Origin: Vitreimonas sp.
GTDB lineage: Bacteria; Patescibacteriota; Microgenomatia; UBA1400; PJMF01
NCBI GenBank assembly: GCA_035627515.1
Contig: DASPLQ010000012.1
Coordinates: 650,331-714,330 of the forward strand
Length of the DNA stretch: 64,000 nt
Direction of reading: 5' to 3'
Shown here: positions 41,324-50,804 of the stretch, one piece after another
Numbering within the stretch: position 1 is the first letter of the stretch
Layout: each line of letters starts with the position of its first letter
Notes under the pieces: model-generated
Seen by the model: the letters and a program-made list of their open reading frames with translations, nothing else
Databases searched by the model: none
What the model was told of the DNA's origin: nothing
Position numbers and translations under genes: made by a program

Positions 41324-41866
41324 ATGAAACCTGTCAAACTTTTATCGTTACTTTTAGTAACTTTAGCTATCACTGTCAGTGTCGCGGGGTGGTGGTATTA
41401 CTACCGGACTCCGGATGATATCCATCATGAGTCTGTCCATTATCACGCTGGTTTTCAAGTCTATGTAGATGACGTCAAACAGGACTACAGTGATTGGAAG
41501 TACATGAATTTTACGCCCTGTGGTGATCATCAAGAAAAACAAACACCTGAGGAAGAACAGCAGGAAAAAGCTCACTTGCATGATGGCAATGGCGATGTGG
41601 TGCATGTCCACCGGCCGGGCGCCACCTGGGGGGATTTATTTAAAAATATTGGTGTCACACTCGATGCTAATAAAGAAGTTGTAGCATATAGTGGTGATCA
41701 AAAAATCACTGACATTTTAACTAAACCTATTGAGGCTAATCAAAGTATTGTGATTGTGGTGGGTGCACAGGAAAAAGCAAATGAGTACTTACCAAACCGA
41801 GTTACTCTAGAACGCATCGCCGAAGTCGAAAAGAAAAGCGAACTGTGTGGGGCTACCAAGCATTAG
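41324..41866 (+). CDS. Membrane-anchored His-motif (probable metal-binding) protein
   Basis: TM then HYHAGFQVY, C, HLHDG..VVHVH, terminal C. Confidence 0.65.
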   Translation: MKPVKLLSLLLVTLAITVSVAGWWYYYRTPDDIHHESVHYHAGFQVYVDDVKQDYSDWKYMNFTPCGDHQEKQTPEEEQQEKAHLHDGNGDVVHVHRPGATWGDLFKNIGVTLDANKEVVAYSGDQKITDILTKPIEANQSIVIVVGAQEKANEYLPNRVTLERIAEVEKKSELCGATKH

Positions 41867-41880
41867 GACTAGTTCGCAAT

Positions 41881-42723
41881 CTATACCGAACTAGGAAGAG
41901 GAGCAGCAGGTGGCTTATTCAGGCCCAGCTTGGTTTTTAAGTAGGCTTGATTGCGATACAGATTAAAGGCCAGGTTGCACATCAGCAATGCCATCGCATA
42001 CGGTTCGGGCCAATAGAAGTAAAGAGCAATGGCCACCAATACACCCAGACTCCCCGCGAAAACATATTGTTGTTTAGGTAAGGCTGGTGAAGTCTTGGGC
42101 TCCACTGCCATCACCATTAAGAAGTAAGCCAGAGTGCCATCTGCCAGCAAGAACAAAGGACTCATCCGGAAAAGAAGAGTGTACAAAACCGCAAAAACGC
42201 TGGCACTAATCAAAACAATTGGTAGCTTCCGATATTTGTGTGCCACGTAGCCTGCCAGAGGGAGTGTTAATAACATTGCCACGCTCATTCCTTCCGGAAT
42301 TAAAGGCAGCCGCGGGGCAAAATTCGTACCCCACCAACTTGGATAAATAGACACGAAGCTGAAAACAGCGGCAGTCAAAGCAGCTGGGTTAAAGATGGGG
42401 CCTGTAGGAACTCTGACTAAGCGCTGTACCAACTCAGTAAAGATTCCTAGTAGCGGGAATACCCACCACGCGATCAAAGGATCAAATAACAATAACAGAA
42501 TAAAATTAGAAATGCTTTTGTGTTCCCAGCGGGTGGGCCGCCCGAGGTTCAAAAAAGTTAACAAAAAGTAGGTGGCCCAGTTACCAGCTGCCAGCAAAGC
42601 AGCGTTGCGGAATTGGGTTAGCCAAAAGCTTAATTGAGTGCCATCCCATCCCCAACTCGCCCAGACATACATCACGACTAGATAAATGAGCAAAATGCGT
42701 ATTGGCGAGAACCAGTTTTTCAT
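41881..42723 (-). CDS. RnfD/NqrB-like membrane protein
   Basis: PIFNPAA, WWG, FLMVMAVEPKTSP (cf. FMATDPVTSP); multi-TM. Confidence 0.8.
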   Translation of the reverse strand: MKNWFSPIRILLIYLVVMYVWASWGWDGTQLSFWLTQFRNAALLAAGNWATYFLLTFLNLGRPTRWEHKSISNFILLLLFDPLIAWWVFPLLGIFTELVQRLVRVPTGPIFNPAALTAAVFSFVSIYPSWWGTNFAPRLPLIPEGMSVAMLLTLPLAGYVAHKYRKLPIVLISASVFAVLYTLLFRMSPLFLLADGTLAYFLMVMAVEPKTSPALPKQQYVFAGSLGVLVAIALYFYWPEPYAMALLMCNLAFNLYRNQAYLKTKLGLNKPPAAPLPSSV

Positions 42724-42764
42724 GCTACTATCTTACCGGTATTACTTTATAAAATAAAGCACAT

Positions 42765-43247
42765 ATGAAAAAAACACTTTTGTCTTTATCAATCATTGTA
42801 GCAACTGCTGTCATTTTTAGCGCCTGCCAATCTTCACAGCCAACTACTACTGCTCCCAGTACAGCACCGGCTGCTGCAGTAGCCTCAACTGCTCCCGCTG
42901 CTGAGCCTTCTGCGATGCCTGCCATCGAAACCTCACCAGCTATGCCAGCTGCTCCAGGGGCACGTGAGTTAAACACCGAAACTACATATCAATCACCAGC
43001 AGGTCCTGAAAAAGTAGCTTTCGCCCTCACTGTTGACGCCCAAGGTGTGATTACAGATGCTACCACCACCGTGCTTGCTAAGGCCCCTATCTCAGTCGTG
43101 CGCCAAGAAGCCTTCGCTAAAGAAATGCCAACAGTGTTGAAAGGCAAAAAATTAGCAGAACTCACTAAAGTTGATCGCATTGGTGGTTCTTCTTTGACCA
43201 CAGGTGCTTTTAATGCTGCTTTAACTCAACTCAAAGCTGGTTTATAG
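42765..43247 (+). CDS. Lipoprotein with FMN-binding-like domain
   Basis: Lipobox FSAC, Ala/Pro linker, YQSPAG..., VDRIGGSSLTTGAFNAAL; directly upstream of apbE. Confidence 0.75.
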   Translation: MKKTLLSLSIIVATAVIFSACQSSQPTTTAPSTAPAAAVASTAPAAEPSAMPAIETSPAMPAAPGARELNTETTYQSPAGPEKVAFALTVDAQGVITDATTTVLAKAPISVVRQEAFAKEMPTVLKGKKLAELTKVDRIGGSSLTTGAFNAALTQLKAGL

Positions 43248-43256
43248 TCAGCTTCG

Positions 43257-44144
43257 ATGACAGAATTTCGTTTTAATGCCATGGGCACGGCTTGGTCAAT
43301 TACCCTCGATGGAGTAACTGATCGAGACGTGCCTGTTTCGTTGTGGGACAAAGTGGTGACTAGTACTGATAATTTCGAGCAACGTTTTTCGCGGTTTATT
43401 GAAGGCAGTGAAGTGACAGCATTTCGTACTGCTCCGGCTGGCACCTATCCTCTTTCTAAAGAACTTACTATCTTGTTGGCACAGTCTCACGTTGTGCGAG
43501 AGTTAACAGGCGGCGCTTTTGACCCCGCTATTGGTACCCTCTTAGAAAAAGCTGGCTATGACCAACAGTATTCTTTTCATCCTCAGGATCAAGAGCTTGA
43601 TAACTGGCGTTTGCCGGGTTGGAATGTGGATGTTGCTCAACAGCAAGTGACAATCTCAGACGCAGTAGTTTTTGACACAGGTGGGATTGGCAAAGGGTAT
43701 TGGATCGATCAGTTGAGTCAACTGATATTTGAGGCTGGGTACCCGTATCACTTAGTCGATGGTGGCGGTGATATGGTAGCTACCACCAAAGAGAACTATG
43801 CTGGCTGGCAAGTAGCGATTGAGTGGCCAGGTGACCAAGAGCGAGCTATCGGAGTGGTAGAACTTCATAATCAGGGCTTTGCTGCCTCTGATATTTTTCG
43901 ACGGCGCTGGGGAGAATGGCATCATCTCATCAATGTTACCGAACGCCAGCCAGTTGGTAATATTAAAGGCTGTGTCGCGGTAGCCGCTTCGGCCTGGTCA
44001 GCCGACCAAATGACATCGGCGTTAGCCCTAGTTCAGCCAGAAGCATATGAGCACATTGGTCACGCACTCGGTGCTGAGTACTTAGTTTTGCTGCAATCTG
44101 ATCAAGCAATTATCAGTCCTCAGTGGCCTGGTGAGGTATTTTAG
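43257..44144 (+). CDS. apbE: FAD:protein FMN transferase
   Basis: AMGT, FSRF..SE, TGGAFDP, DTGGIGKGY, VDGGGD, HHLIN, ADQMTSAL. Confidence 0.92.
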   Translation: MTEFRFNAMGTAWSITLDGVTDRDVPVSLWDKVVTSTDNFEQRFSRFIEGSEVTAFRTAPAGTYPLSKELTILLAQSHVVRELTGGAFDPAIGTLLEKAGYDQQYSFHPQDQELDNWRLPGWNVDVAQQQVTISDAVVFDTGGIGKGYWIDQLSQLIFEAGYPYHLVDGGGDMVATTKENYAGWQVAIEWPGDQERAIGVVELHNQGFAASDIFRRRWGEWHHLINVTERQPVGNIKGCVAVAASAWSADQMTSALALVQPEAYEHIGHALGAEYLVLLQSDQAIISPQWPGEVF

Positions 44145-44180
44145 TAAGTATTCATTACTCCAGTGCTTTTGTGAGATGAT

Positions 44181-44750
44181 TTGATACAATCCCCGCAAAG
44201 GAATGCTATGTCAAAATCACTTCTTACTTTTTCAGTTATAACCTTGAGTCTGCTTGGTTTATTAACAGTCGCCACCACCCCTGTGGCTGCTCAAGTCATG
44301 GTCCAAGAACAAACCATGGAGGCCAACACGTCTTCGAATGCTTCTGTGACCTGCGAAGGCAACTGTAATGGCTCAGCTGAGGCCAATAGTTCAGTGACCG
44401 GTCGTCAATACCAACGCATGGAAGTCTCAGGAAATGCCGGGACAACCTATGTGGCGCGTCCTGCTCGACGATATGTCAAAACTAAGACTAAGTATGTTCA
44501 CTCCCGAGCCGCTACCCCGGTGGTATGGGTGAGTGAGGGAGCTGTCAGATTAACTTGGAGTTTGCGCGGTGGTACATGTCATGTCCGCTACACTGAGGCC
44601 AGTGAGGCCGTGTACAAATATGCCACAGCTGCAAGTTGTGATGATGGTGGTGTAACCATTTCTGGTTTGACTCCAGGAATCAGATATCGTTTCCAAGTTC
44701 GCCAAAATGACGGTGGTTGGTCAGGCTCAGTGATTGTCAAAGCTCAGTAA
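44181..44750 (+). CDS. Secreted protein with C-terminal fibronectin type III-like domain
   Basis: Signal peptide; VRLTW...TISGLTPGIRYRFQV; probable start at ATG 44208. Confidence 0.7.
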   Translation: MIQSPQRNAMSKSLLTFSVITLSLLGLLTVATTPVAAQVMVQEQTMEANTSSNASVTCEGNCNGSAEANSSVTGRQYQRMEVSGNAGTTYVARPARRYVKTKTKYVHSRAATPVVWVSEGAVRLTWSLRGGTCHVRYTEASEAVYKYATAASCDDGGVTISGLTPGIRYRFQVRQNDGGWSGSVIVKAQ

Positions 44751-44772
44751 ATTCTATTTTTAAACAATGAAT

Positions 44773-44798
44773 AAAGAGCCGATCATGATCGGCTCTTT
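44773..44798. terminator. Perfect 26-bp palindrome, probable bidirectional terminator between convergent genes
   Basis: AAAGAGCCGATCATGATCGGCTCTTT. Confidence 0.75.
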
Positions 44799-44802
44799 GT
44801 GG

Positions 44803-45963
44803 TTAAAGAGAGATAGTGCGCGTTTTACTGTTATTGCCGGTATTAGTTTCAGGGAATTGATTACTGGTGTTAAGCTCAAACTTGACGTCGGTTTTGCCAC
44901 TGGCGACAGTAAAGTCATAGCCTGTGCTTTCTTGGGCAGTCGCGCCCGGACTGATCCAGTTATCGATCGTGACGTGTTTGACCTCACTGCCGTTAATAAA
45001 CCACTTCAATGAGAACTTACCTTGTTTGTCCTGGCCATTATTTTTAATTGTGGCTTTAGCGGTTAGTTTTTGATCTTTAGTAGGATTATCAACCAAGGTG
45101 GTTGTGCCCTGCTGATAAAACTCTATCGAAATGGCCTCCACATCACTGCGGGTGCCTTCTGCTTTCAGCGATAAGGTCCGAGAATTATTATTGCGATTAG
45201 CTTCTTGGAGAGCATTCGTAGTATCGACGTTATAGGTAAAGTTATTGTCGCCCTGGTTTAGGAAAAAACCACCATACACGATGCTATTGACGTCATCATA
45301 AACTGCTTGGGATTCGGCTTTGACTTTGCCAGTGGTGTTACTCCCCTGTGTGCTGCCATTAATACTCCAGTTGCTAGTAAATGTGCCGGAGTCCTGTTTG
45401 CCATTATTACGTAACTTAGCGCGTAGCGTCACGCGCTGACCAGCGTAAAATGGAGCACTCAGTGTACTTCCGGAAGTAGGATCCTCGATCACAATCTCAT
45501 CAACTGATAAATCAACGGTGGTGTTGGTTCCGGCTGGAGAAGCACTGGGCGTGGGACTGCCACTGGGTTGTGGCGAACTCGAGGGTTTTGGGGTCGGTGA
45601 GGGACTGGGTTTTAAACTCGGGCTCGGTTTAGGACTGGGCGAGGGTGAAGGTGAGGGCTTTGGGGTGGGCAACGGGCTAAGAAGATTCCCCAGTGTACTA
45701 TCAGATTTTGGTGAAGGTGAAGGAGTAACCACCACAATTTCTGTCTCAGGACTGACATTTCCATACACCCCATAATTCAAAATCAACAGACTAAGAGGAA
45801 TAATAATCAGGGCACCGATTACTCCCATTAAAAACTTAGGATTGACTTGATCTGAAGCCGGTGCAGGTGAGGAAGATCGAGAAGGATGATCAACTCCGTG
45901 AGCACTAAATTGGTGCAACACGTTAGGATCGAACTGGGCAGGAGTTTCGTTCATACGCAGCAA
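44803..45963 (-). CDS. Single-TM surface protein with Pro/Ser linker and two CARDB-like domains
   Basis: DLSV...LRNNG...EANRNNN and TIKNNG...ETNTGNNS. Confidence 0.8.
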   Translation of the reverse strand: MLRMNETPAQFDPNVLHQFSAHGVDHPSRSSSPAPASDQVNPKFLMGVIGALIIIPLSLLILNYGVYGNVSPETEIVVVTPSPSPKSDSTLGNLLSPLPTPKPSPSPSPSPKPSPSLKPSPSPTPKPSSSPQPSGSPTPSASPAGTNTTVDLSVDEIVIEDPTSGSTLSAPFYAGQRVTLRAKLRNNGKQDSGTFTSNWSINGSTQGSNTTGKVKAESQAVYDDVNSIVYGGFFLNQGDNNFTYNVDTTNALQEANRNNNSRTLSLKAEGTRSDVEAISIEFYQQGTTTLVDNPTKDQKLTAKATIKNNGQDKQGKFSLKWFINGSEVKHVTIDNWISPGATAQESTGYDFTVASGKTDVKFELNTSNQFPETNTGNNSKTRTISL

Positions 45964-46075
45964 TAAATGACAGTATCAGCCTACCGGTTTCTCAAGAAAA
46001 AGTAAAGTGAGGCTCTGGGCTCTTTCTTACGTAGTTATGTCACATTCTTGACCGCTTAAAGAGACAATAAAACCT

Positions 46076-46660
46076 ATGCCTTCAAGTAAATATCCTTGGT
46101 TAGCAGTAGGGTTATTATTAATTGGAATTATTTTGGCGGGAGTAATCATTATTGGTTTACTCAGATGGAGTTTTAGACGTTTAAGCTCAGGTACCAGCTC
46201 ACCTACTATTACTACCGCAGCTACGCCAATTCCTGAAGTAGTGGTCCAAACTCAGGATAAATTAATTGTGATTGAGGACCCGCTCCTTAATCATGAAGGT
46301 TTGCGAGTTGAAGAATTCACCACAGATCCTAATCAACATTTAGGCCAAGCAGTAACGCTGAAAGGACAAGTCAGTCAACGCATCAACCCCTGGGGTTTTG
46401 CCCTGCGGTCGGCGGGTGAGCCAGATGCAGAGGTGCTCATCGTGACAAATGGCGACATCACCCAAAAATCTAATCTGGAGCCAGCTGGTTTAGATGTGGC
46501 TCAAGCAGTAGTTGTCAAAGGAATTGCCAAACTACTCACTAAAGAAGGGCAAACTGAACAATTTGGCTTTGAAATCGATGATTTATCTACCTCTGTCTGG
46601 CAGGATCAGGTAGTAGTGGTAGCCGATAGCGTTACGGTAGTTGAAGCTTCTCCTCAGTAG
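46076..46660 (+). CDS. Membrane-anchored hypothetical protein
   Basis: N-terminal TM; GQAVTLKGQV (OB-fold-like). Confidence 0.6.
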   Translation: MPSSKYPWLAVGLLLIGIILAGVIIIGLLRWSFRRLSSGTSSPTITTAATPIPEVVVQTQDKLIVIEDPLLNHEGLRVEEFTTDPNQHLGQAVTLKGQVSQRINPWGFALRSAGEPDAEVLIVTNGDITQKSNLEPAGLDVAQAVVVKGIAKLLTKEGQTEQFGFEIDDLSTSVWQDQVVVVADSVTVVEASPQ

Positions 46661-46712
46661 TTGGTACAATAGCGACTCTTTGTTAACAGCTTATTATTGC
46701 TGCTAACAATCA

Positions 46713-46795
46713 GGAGAGGTCGCATAGTGGCCTAGTGCAGCGGTTTACTAAACCGCCGTTCGCAAGAACCGGGGGTTCGAATCCCCCCCTCTCCG
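46713..46795 (+). tRNA. tRNA-Ser(ACU)
   Basis: GGAGAGG-TC-GCATAGTGGCCTAGTGC-A-GCGGT-TTACTAA-ACCGC-variable arm GTTC-GCAA-GAAC-GGGGG-TTCGAAT-CCCCC-CCTCTCC-G. Confidence 0.9.
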
Positions 46796-46831
46796 CACAT
46801 ATACTTTTACATATGCAAACCGAATGAACTC

Positions 46832-47326
46832 TTATTCAGTTGTCATATCTGCAAAAGACTCTTTTTTAAAGTACATCTCAATAGCTGCTTTGTGTCCCGG
46901 TAGTATATCAAGAGTGTTTCCCTTAATATTTATCCACTCCCAGCCCTCACATTTTTCAGGTTCTTGTAGTTGTGGAATGTCAGTAACATCCTCTGATACA
47001 TAAATAAAATGAATAAAGTCACAGATACCTTGATTCTCACGAACAACTCCCACGTATTCCAGCATATCTAATTTAATGCCTGTTTCTTCATAAACTTCTC
47101 GAGCTACTGCCTGACCGATAGGTTCATTTAGCTCGATCCTTCCTCCAGGTAAACCATAATAACCAGCCTTATAACTGTTTTTCCTTTTACCGAGTAGGAT
47201 TTCACCTTTGGAGTTAACTAAGATTGCGCAGGCGCCAATGGGTTGAGGAGCGGGGTTAGTCTTTAATTTTGAGATTTTTTCCTCGTATTCACGAACAACT
47301 TTTTGATGTTGAAACCAATGTCCCAT
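46832..47326 (-). CDS. NUDIX hydrolase (MutT/NUDT15-like)
   Basis: LPGGRIELNE...AREVYEETG, EPEKCEGWEW. Confidence 0.88.
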   Translation of the reverse strand: MGHWFQHQKVVREYEEKISKLKTNPAPQPIGACAILVNSKGEILLGKRKNSYKAGYYGLPGGRIELNEPIGQAVAREVYEETGIKLDMLEYVGVVRENQGICDFIHFIYVSEDVTDIPQLQEPEKCEGWEWINIKGNTLDILPGHKAAIEMYFKKESFADMTTE

Positions 47327-47510
47327 ATTTTCCTTATAACTTCTTCCGTGAGGTTATTTTAACTCATTATCAGTATTATGATGAGAAGGTTGAGCTTACT
47401 GATAGCTTAGGTATTGGCAAAATGGTAGTATAACCCAGTCAACACAACCTATAATCAAGGTTCGAATAGAGTCAAGTTTAGCCCGCCACGTTTTCCAAAA
47501 TTAACTAACT

Positions 47511-48416
47511 ATGATTGAACACCCACAACCTAGTTCTCCCCAAACCGAAAACATATTTAACAACCATGAGCGATTAGTGTGCCGGTATGATGAATTAGAA
47601 ACAGAAACGCGGACCTTACTTGAGGGAGTTACGTACCGACAACTTCCGGAATTTATTACGCTCGATAAAAGATTGAGTGGTTTTTTTTCTAGTATTCGAG
47701 CTGCGGTAGACCTGGATCGTGAGAAAAGAAAAATTAATCCACTCAAAGCCGAAATGATACGACGAGCACGGTTAGCTTTTAGCGAGGTAGATGAGGAGGA
47801 TTCACATCGGCATTTACAACACCTCAACGCCTTTGATGAAGAACCTGTGGAAGAGTTGGAGCACGGTCAAAGACTTTATTTAGATGAAGGTAAGGTTATA
47901 CAAGGACGGATCTATAGAGGTGATGGCAGTTTTGTAGCAGCACAAACCCAAGCCGATAACATTGAAGATGATAAAGCAATTGTAGATATTCATAACCATC
48001 CTCACACTTCACCTCCCAGCCGACAAGATATTGCCTCCATGGTAGCAGATGATAAACCAGAGTCTGATCGGTGCTTATACTTCATTGCTGCTCAGGAGTT
48101 GAATATTGTTGTTGTTATTTGTCAGGATTCCCAGAGATACCCGATTACTGAATTAAGAACTAAACTAAAACTGGGGCTTAAAGCTAAAGAGGAGTATTTC
48201 GAAGAGTTAGAAGTAGCTAATGACTTGATTCCTAAAGAAATTGAGAATAAAAAACAAGTTACATTTATTAAATGGTTTGCTGACATTATAAAGTTGTCGC
48301 ATGAGTATCAAATTGGGATTTATTTTTCCTTAGCAGAGGAGAAAAGCAATGTCCTTAAGAGAGCAGATGATGTCCAAGAAATAATTGAGTTATCTCACCG
48401 TTTATCAAAATACTAA
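47511..48416 (+). CDS. Hypothetical protein with JAB/MPN-like metal motif
   Basis: DIHNHPHTSPPSRQD (HxHP..S..D). Confidence 0.55.
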   Translation: MIEHPQPSSPQTENIFNNHERLVCRYDELETETRTLLEGVTYRQLPEFITLDKRLSGFFSSIRAAVDLDREKRKINPLKAEMIRRARLAFSEVDEEDSHRHLQHLNAFDEEPVEELEHGQRLYLDEGKVIQGRIYRGDGSFVAAQTQADNIEDDKAIVDIHNHPHTSPPSRQDIASMVADDKPESDRCLYFIAAQELNIVVVICQDSQRYPITELRTKLKLGLKAKEEYFEELEVANDLIPKEIENKKQVTFIKWFADIIKLSHEYQIGIYFSLAEEKSNVLKRADDVQEIIELSHRLSKY

Positions 48417-48428
48417 TATCAACTATCT

Positions 48429-48995
48429 TTGCCAAATTTTATGATCAAAAAACTTTCCTCCACTACTGTATATCAAAACAAATGGCTGAGCGTTCGTGAA
48501 GATAAGGTAATGTTTGATAACAAGTTTGAAGGCATTTATTCTGTTCTGGATAAACCTGATTGCGTGATGATTATGCCCTATGATGGCGAGTTCTTTTATT
48601 TGGTGAGACAGTATCGTTATCCGATTGAAAAATACTTTCTTGAATTTCCGGCTGGCAGCCATGAAGAGAGTACCATCGAAAATGAAGTTCAGCTCGTCAA
48701 AGACGAATTGGAAGAAGAAACGGGTTGGGTGAGTGAGAAAATTACTAAGCTCGGTGTTCTCAATGAAGTGCCCGCTACAGTCAATCAGCGTTGTCATATG
48801 TTTTTGGCAGAAAACTTACGCCACGGTCAGCAAAAGTTGGAAGTCACTGAATCAGATTTAACTATCATAAAAATGACGCAATCAGAACTAGAAACTGCGA
48901 TAGCGAATGGTAAAGTGAGTGATGCTAAGACACTGGCTGGTTTTTTGATTTGGAAATTAAAAAAACAGCTTAATGATGCTGATATTAAATCATAG
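48429..48995 (+). CDS. NUDIX hydrolase (ADP-ribose pyrophosphatase-like)
   Basis: WLSVREDKV, LVRQYRYP, LEFPAG, ELEEETG, DAKT. Confidence 0.88.
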   Translation: MPNFMIKKLSSTTVYQNKWLSVREDKVMFDNKFEGIYSVLDKPDCVMIMPYDGEFFYLVRQYRYPIEKYFLEFPAGSHEESTIENEVQLVKDELEEETGWVSEKITKLGVLNEVPATVNQRCHMFLAENLRHGQQKLEVTESDLTIIKMTQSELETAIANGKVSDAKTLAGFLIWKLKKQLNDADIKS

Positions 48996-49007
48996 TATAG
49001 TACTTTC

Positions 49008-49583
49008 ATGAACGAAATTGTGAGGGGTATAGAAGACAAAACTATTTATACTCCCAAAGATGCTCCAGATCTTAAAATTCATATTTATAATCAAAGATAT
49101 GCAATAAAGCTATCAATGTGGAAAAAATTGGTTATTCCTGAAGATAGATTGAAGGCTTTAATGGACGAGCGAGGTGAAATGTGGTTAGCAATAAATGCCA
49201 GAAAACATGGCGATATCACTGGAGGATTAACTGGACTTGGTATTGATGCTCAAGACCACTCAGCCACAAGATTTCAATTAAAAGTAGATAAAAACACAAA
49301 TGTATATGAAATGAATATTCCAGTAGGCTATTCATTTGCCAGTGAAAAAGCGGCCCAAATAATGTTAAAAATGATTCCACAACAAGTTCAGCGTCAGCCT
49401 GTTATCCTCAGTGGCAGTGGTTTTTACAAAGAAATAGGAAGTGATGTTTTAACTTATTGGGGATATTCCCTGCCAGACATAGATGACAATGATCCGAGGT
49501 TTATTGAAAAAGGAATAGATACACATGGAAATGAGTTTATAAGTATGAGGCTGAATTCATTTCCAAATGATTTGAAGATTTGA
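49008..49583 (+). CDS. Hypothetical protein
   Basis: 191-aa AT-rich ORF; TATAGT 6 nt upstream of ATG. Confidence 0.55.
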   Translation: MNEIVRGIEDKTIYTPKDAPDLKIHIYNQRYAIKLSMWKKLVIPEDRLKALMDERGEMWLAINARKHGDITGGLTGLGIDAQDHSATRFQLKVDKNTNVYEMNIPVGYSFASEKAAQIMLKMIPQQVQRQPVILSGSGFYKEIGSDVLTYWGYSLPDIDDNDPRFIEKGIDTHGNEFISMRLNSFPNDLKI

Positions 49584-49612
49584 GTGGACGTACAAAAACT
49601 CACCGGCATTTC

Positions 49613-50476
49613 CTACTCAGGTAACACACCCACTGTCTGCAGGACATTTATGTGTTCGGGTGGCTGAGCGAGTAAGTACTCAATTTCTTCTCTACGGACT
49701 ACTAAGTTATTTTCATTAGCGATGGTTTGTGCTTGTACGAGGGCTTTTTTAGCTTCATCCAGCTGACCAGTTTGAGCTAATAGCTGAGCTTTACTCATTA
49801 AGCCAAACGTCAGCCAAATTTTGGACCCGTTATTTTTTTCAATTAACGCTAAGCCTTGGGTAATGAGAGGTTGAGCTTCAGTCATTTTTCCTTGTGCTAA
49901 GTAAGCTGCACCCAAATGTGTCATTTCATCCCCTTGAGCTGCCGGCGCAGTTTGAATTTTTTGAGAGTGTTGAAGAGCAGTGATCGCTGGTTCTACCTTT
50001 CCTGCATACAGTAAGGCATGAGCCCAGTTTCTTGCCAAACCAGGATCTTGATCATTAAACCAATTATTGGCTTTGAGTGTTTCATATACAGCCAGAGAAC
50101 TGTCACTATACGCTTGAGCTTGTGTAGGTTGTTTCTGACGACTGGCTCGGCCAGCTTGGAGCCGAAACAAAATTGAGAGGTTGTTGCCAGTTTCGATGGC
50201 CAAAGCTTGATCTTTAATAGTGACTGCGGAGTAAAATGCTGTTTTTAGTTTCGGTTCAGACTCTGTATAGTTGCCTGCTTCTCGCAGTTGGGCCCCTTCG
50301 GCCATGACAGCTTTGATTTGATCAGCAGTTTCCAAGGTTGGTAAGGGAGTTGGGCTAGGGGACGAAGATGGAGTTGGATAAAGTCTAGTGAGGTTTTGGC
50401 CGATAAAAAAGGATGAGGCTAGCACTCCAGCGATCAAAACGAGCACGATGCCAATTAGGAGGGAGTTCTTTTTCAT
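49613..50476 (-). CDS. Membrane-anchored TPR-repeat protein
   Basis: N-terminal TM, Pro/Ser linker, TPR-like helices (LGAAYLAQGKMTEA, AQLLAQTGQLDEA). Confidence 0.72.
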   Translation of the reverse strand: MKKNSLLIGIVLVLIAGVLASSFFIGQNLTRLYPTPSSSPSPTPLPTLETADQIKAVMAEGAQLREAGNYTESEPKLKTAFYSAVTIKDQALAIETGNNLSILFRLQAGRASRQKQPTQAQAYSDSSLAVYETLKANNWFNDQDPGLARNWAHALLYAGKVEPAITALQHSQKIQTAPAAQGDEMTHLGAAYLAQGKMTEAQPLITQGLALIEKNNGSKIWLTFGLMSKAQLLAQTGQLDEAKKALVQAQTIANENNLVVRREEIEYLLAQPPEHINVLQTVGVLPE

Positions 50477-50513
50477 ACAGCGCATTCTAACATAGTCGGA
50501 CTATACTAAAGCC

Positions 50514-50804
50514 ATGATAGAAATAGCTGCTGCTTCTATATGGTGGGTATACATTGTGGAGTGCCAAGATGGCACATACTACACGGGTGTGGCCCGGGAT
50601 GTAACTACCCGCCTGGCCCGACATAACACCGGGCGTGGGGCTAAGTACACGCGTGGTCGTGGACCAGTGAAGTTAGTGTACAGCGAACCTCAGTCTGATC
50701 GGTCGACAGCGTTGAAAAGAGAAGCTGAGATAAAGAAATTGAGCCGGGGCGAAAAGCAAGTTTTGATTGATGATTTTAAAAAAGGTGCTCAGAAATTAAC
50801 CTAG
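50514..50804 (+). CDS. GIY-YIG nuclease family protein (UPF0213)
   Basis: VYIVECQDGTYYTG...RLARHN.G.GAKYTRGRGPV...ALKREAEIKKL. Confidence 0.92.
   Translation: MIEIAAASIWWVYIVECQDGTYYTGVARDVTTRLARHNTGRGAKYTRGRGPVKLVYSEPQSDRSTALKREAEIKKLSRGEKQVLIDDFKKGAQKLT

Noticed and set aside
47425-47490. tRNA remnant / attR (GGTTCGAAT at ~47459)
   Set aside because: Only a 9-nt T-loop match; no stem or acceptor-end identity
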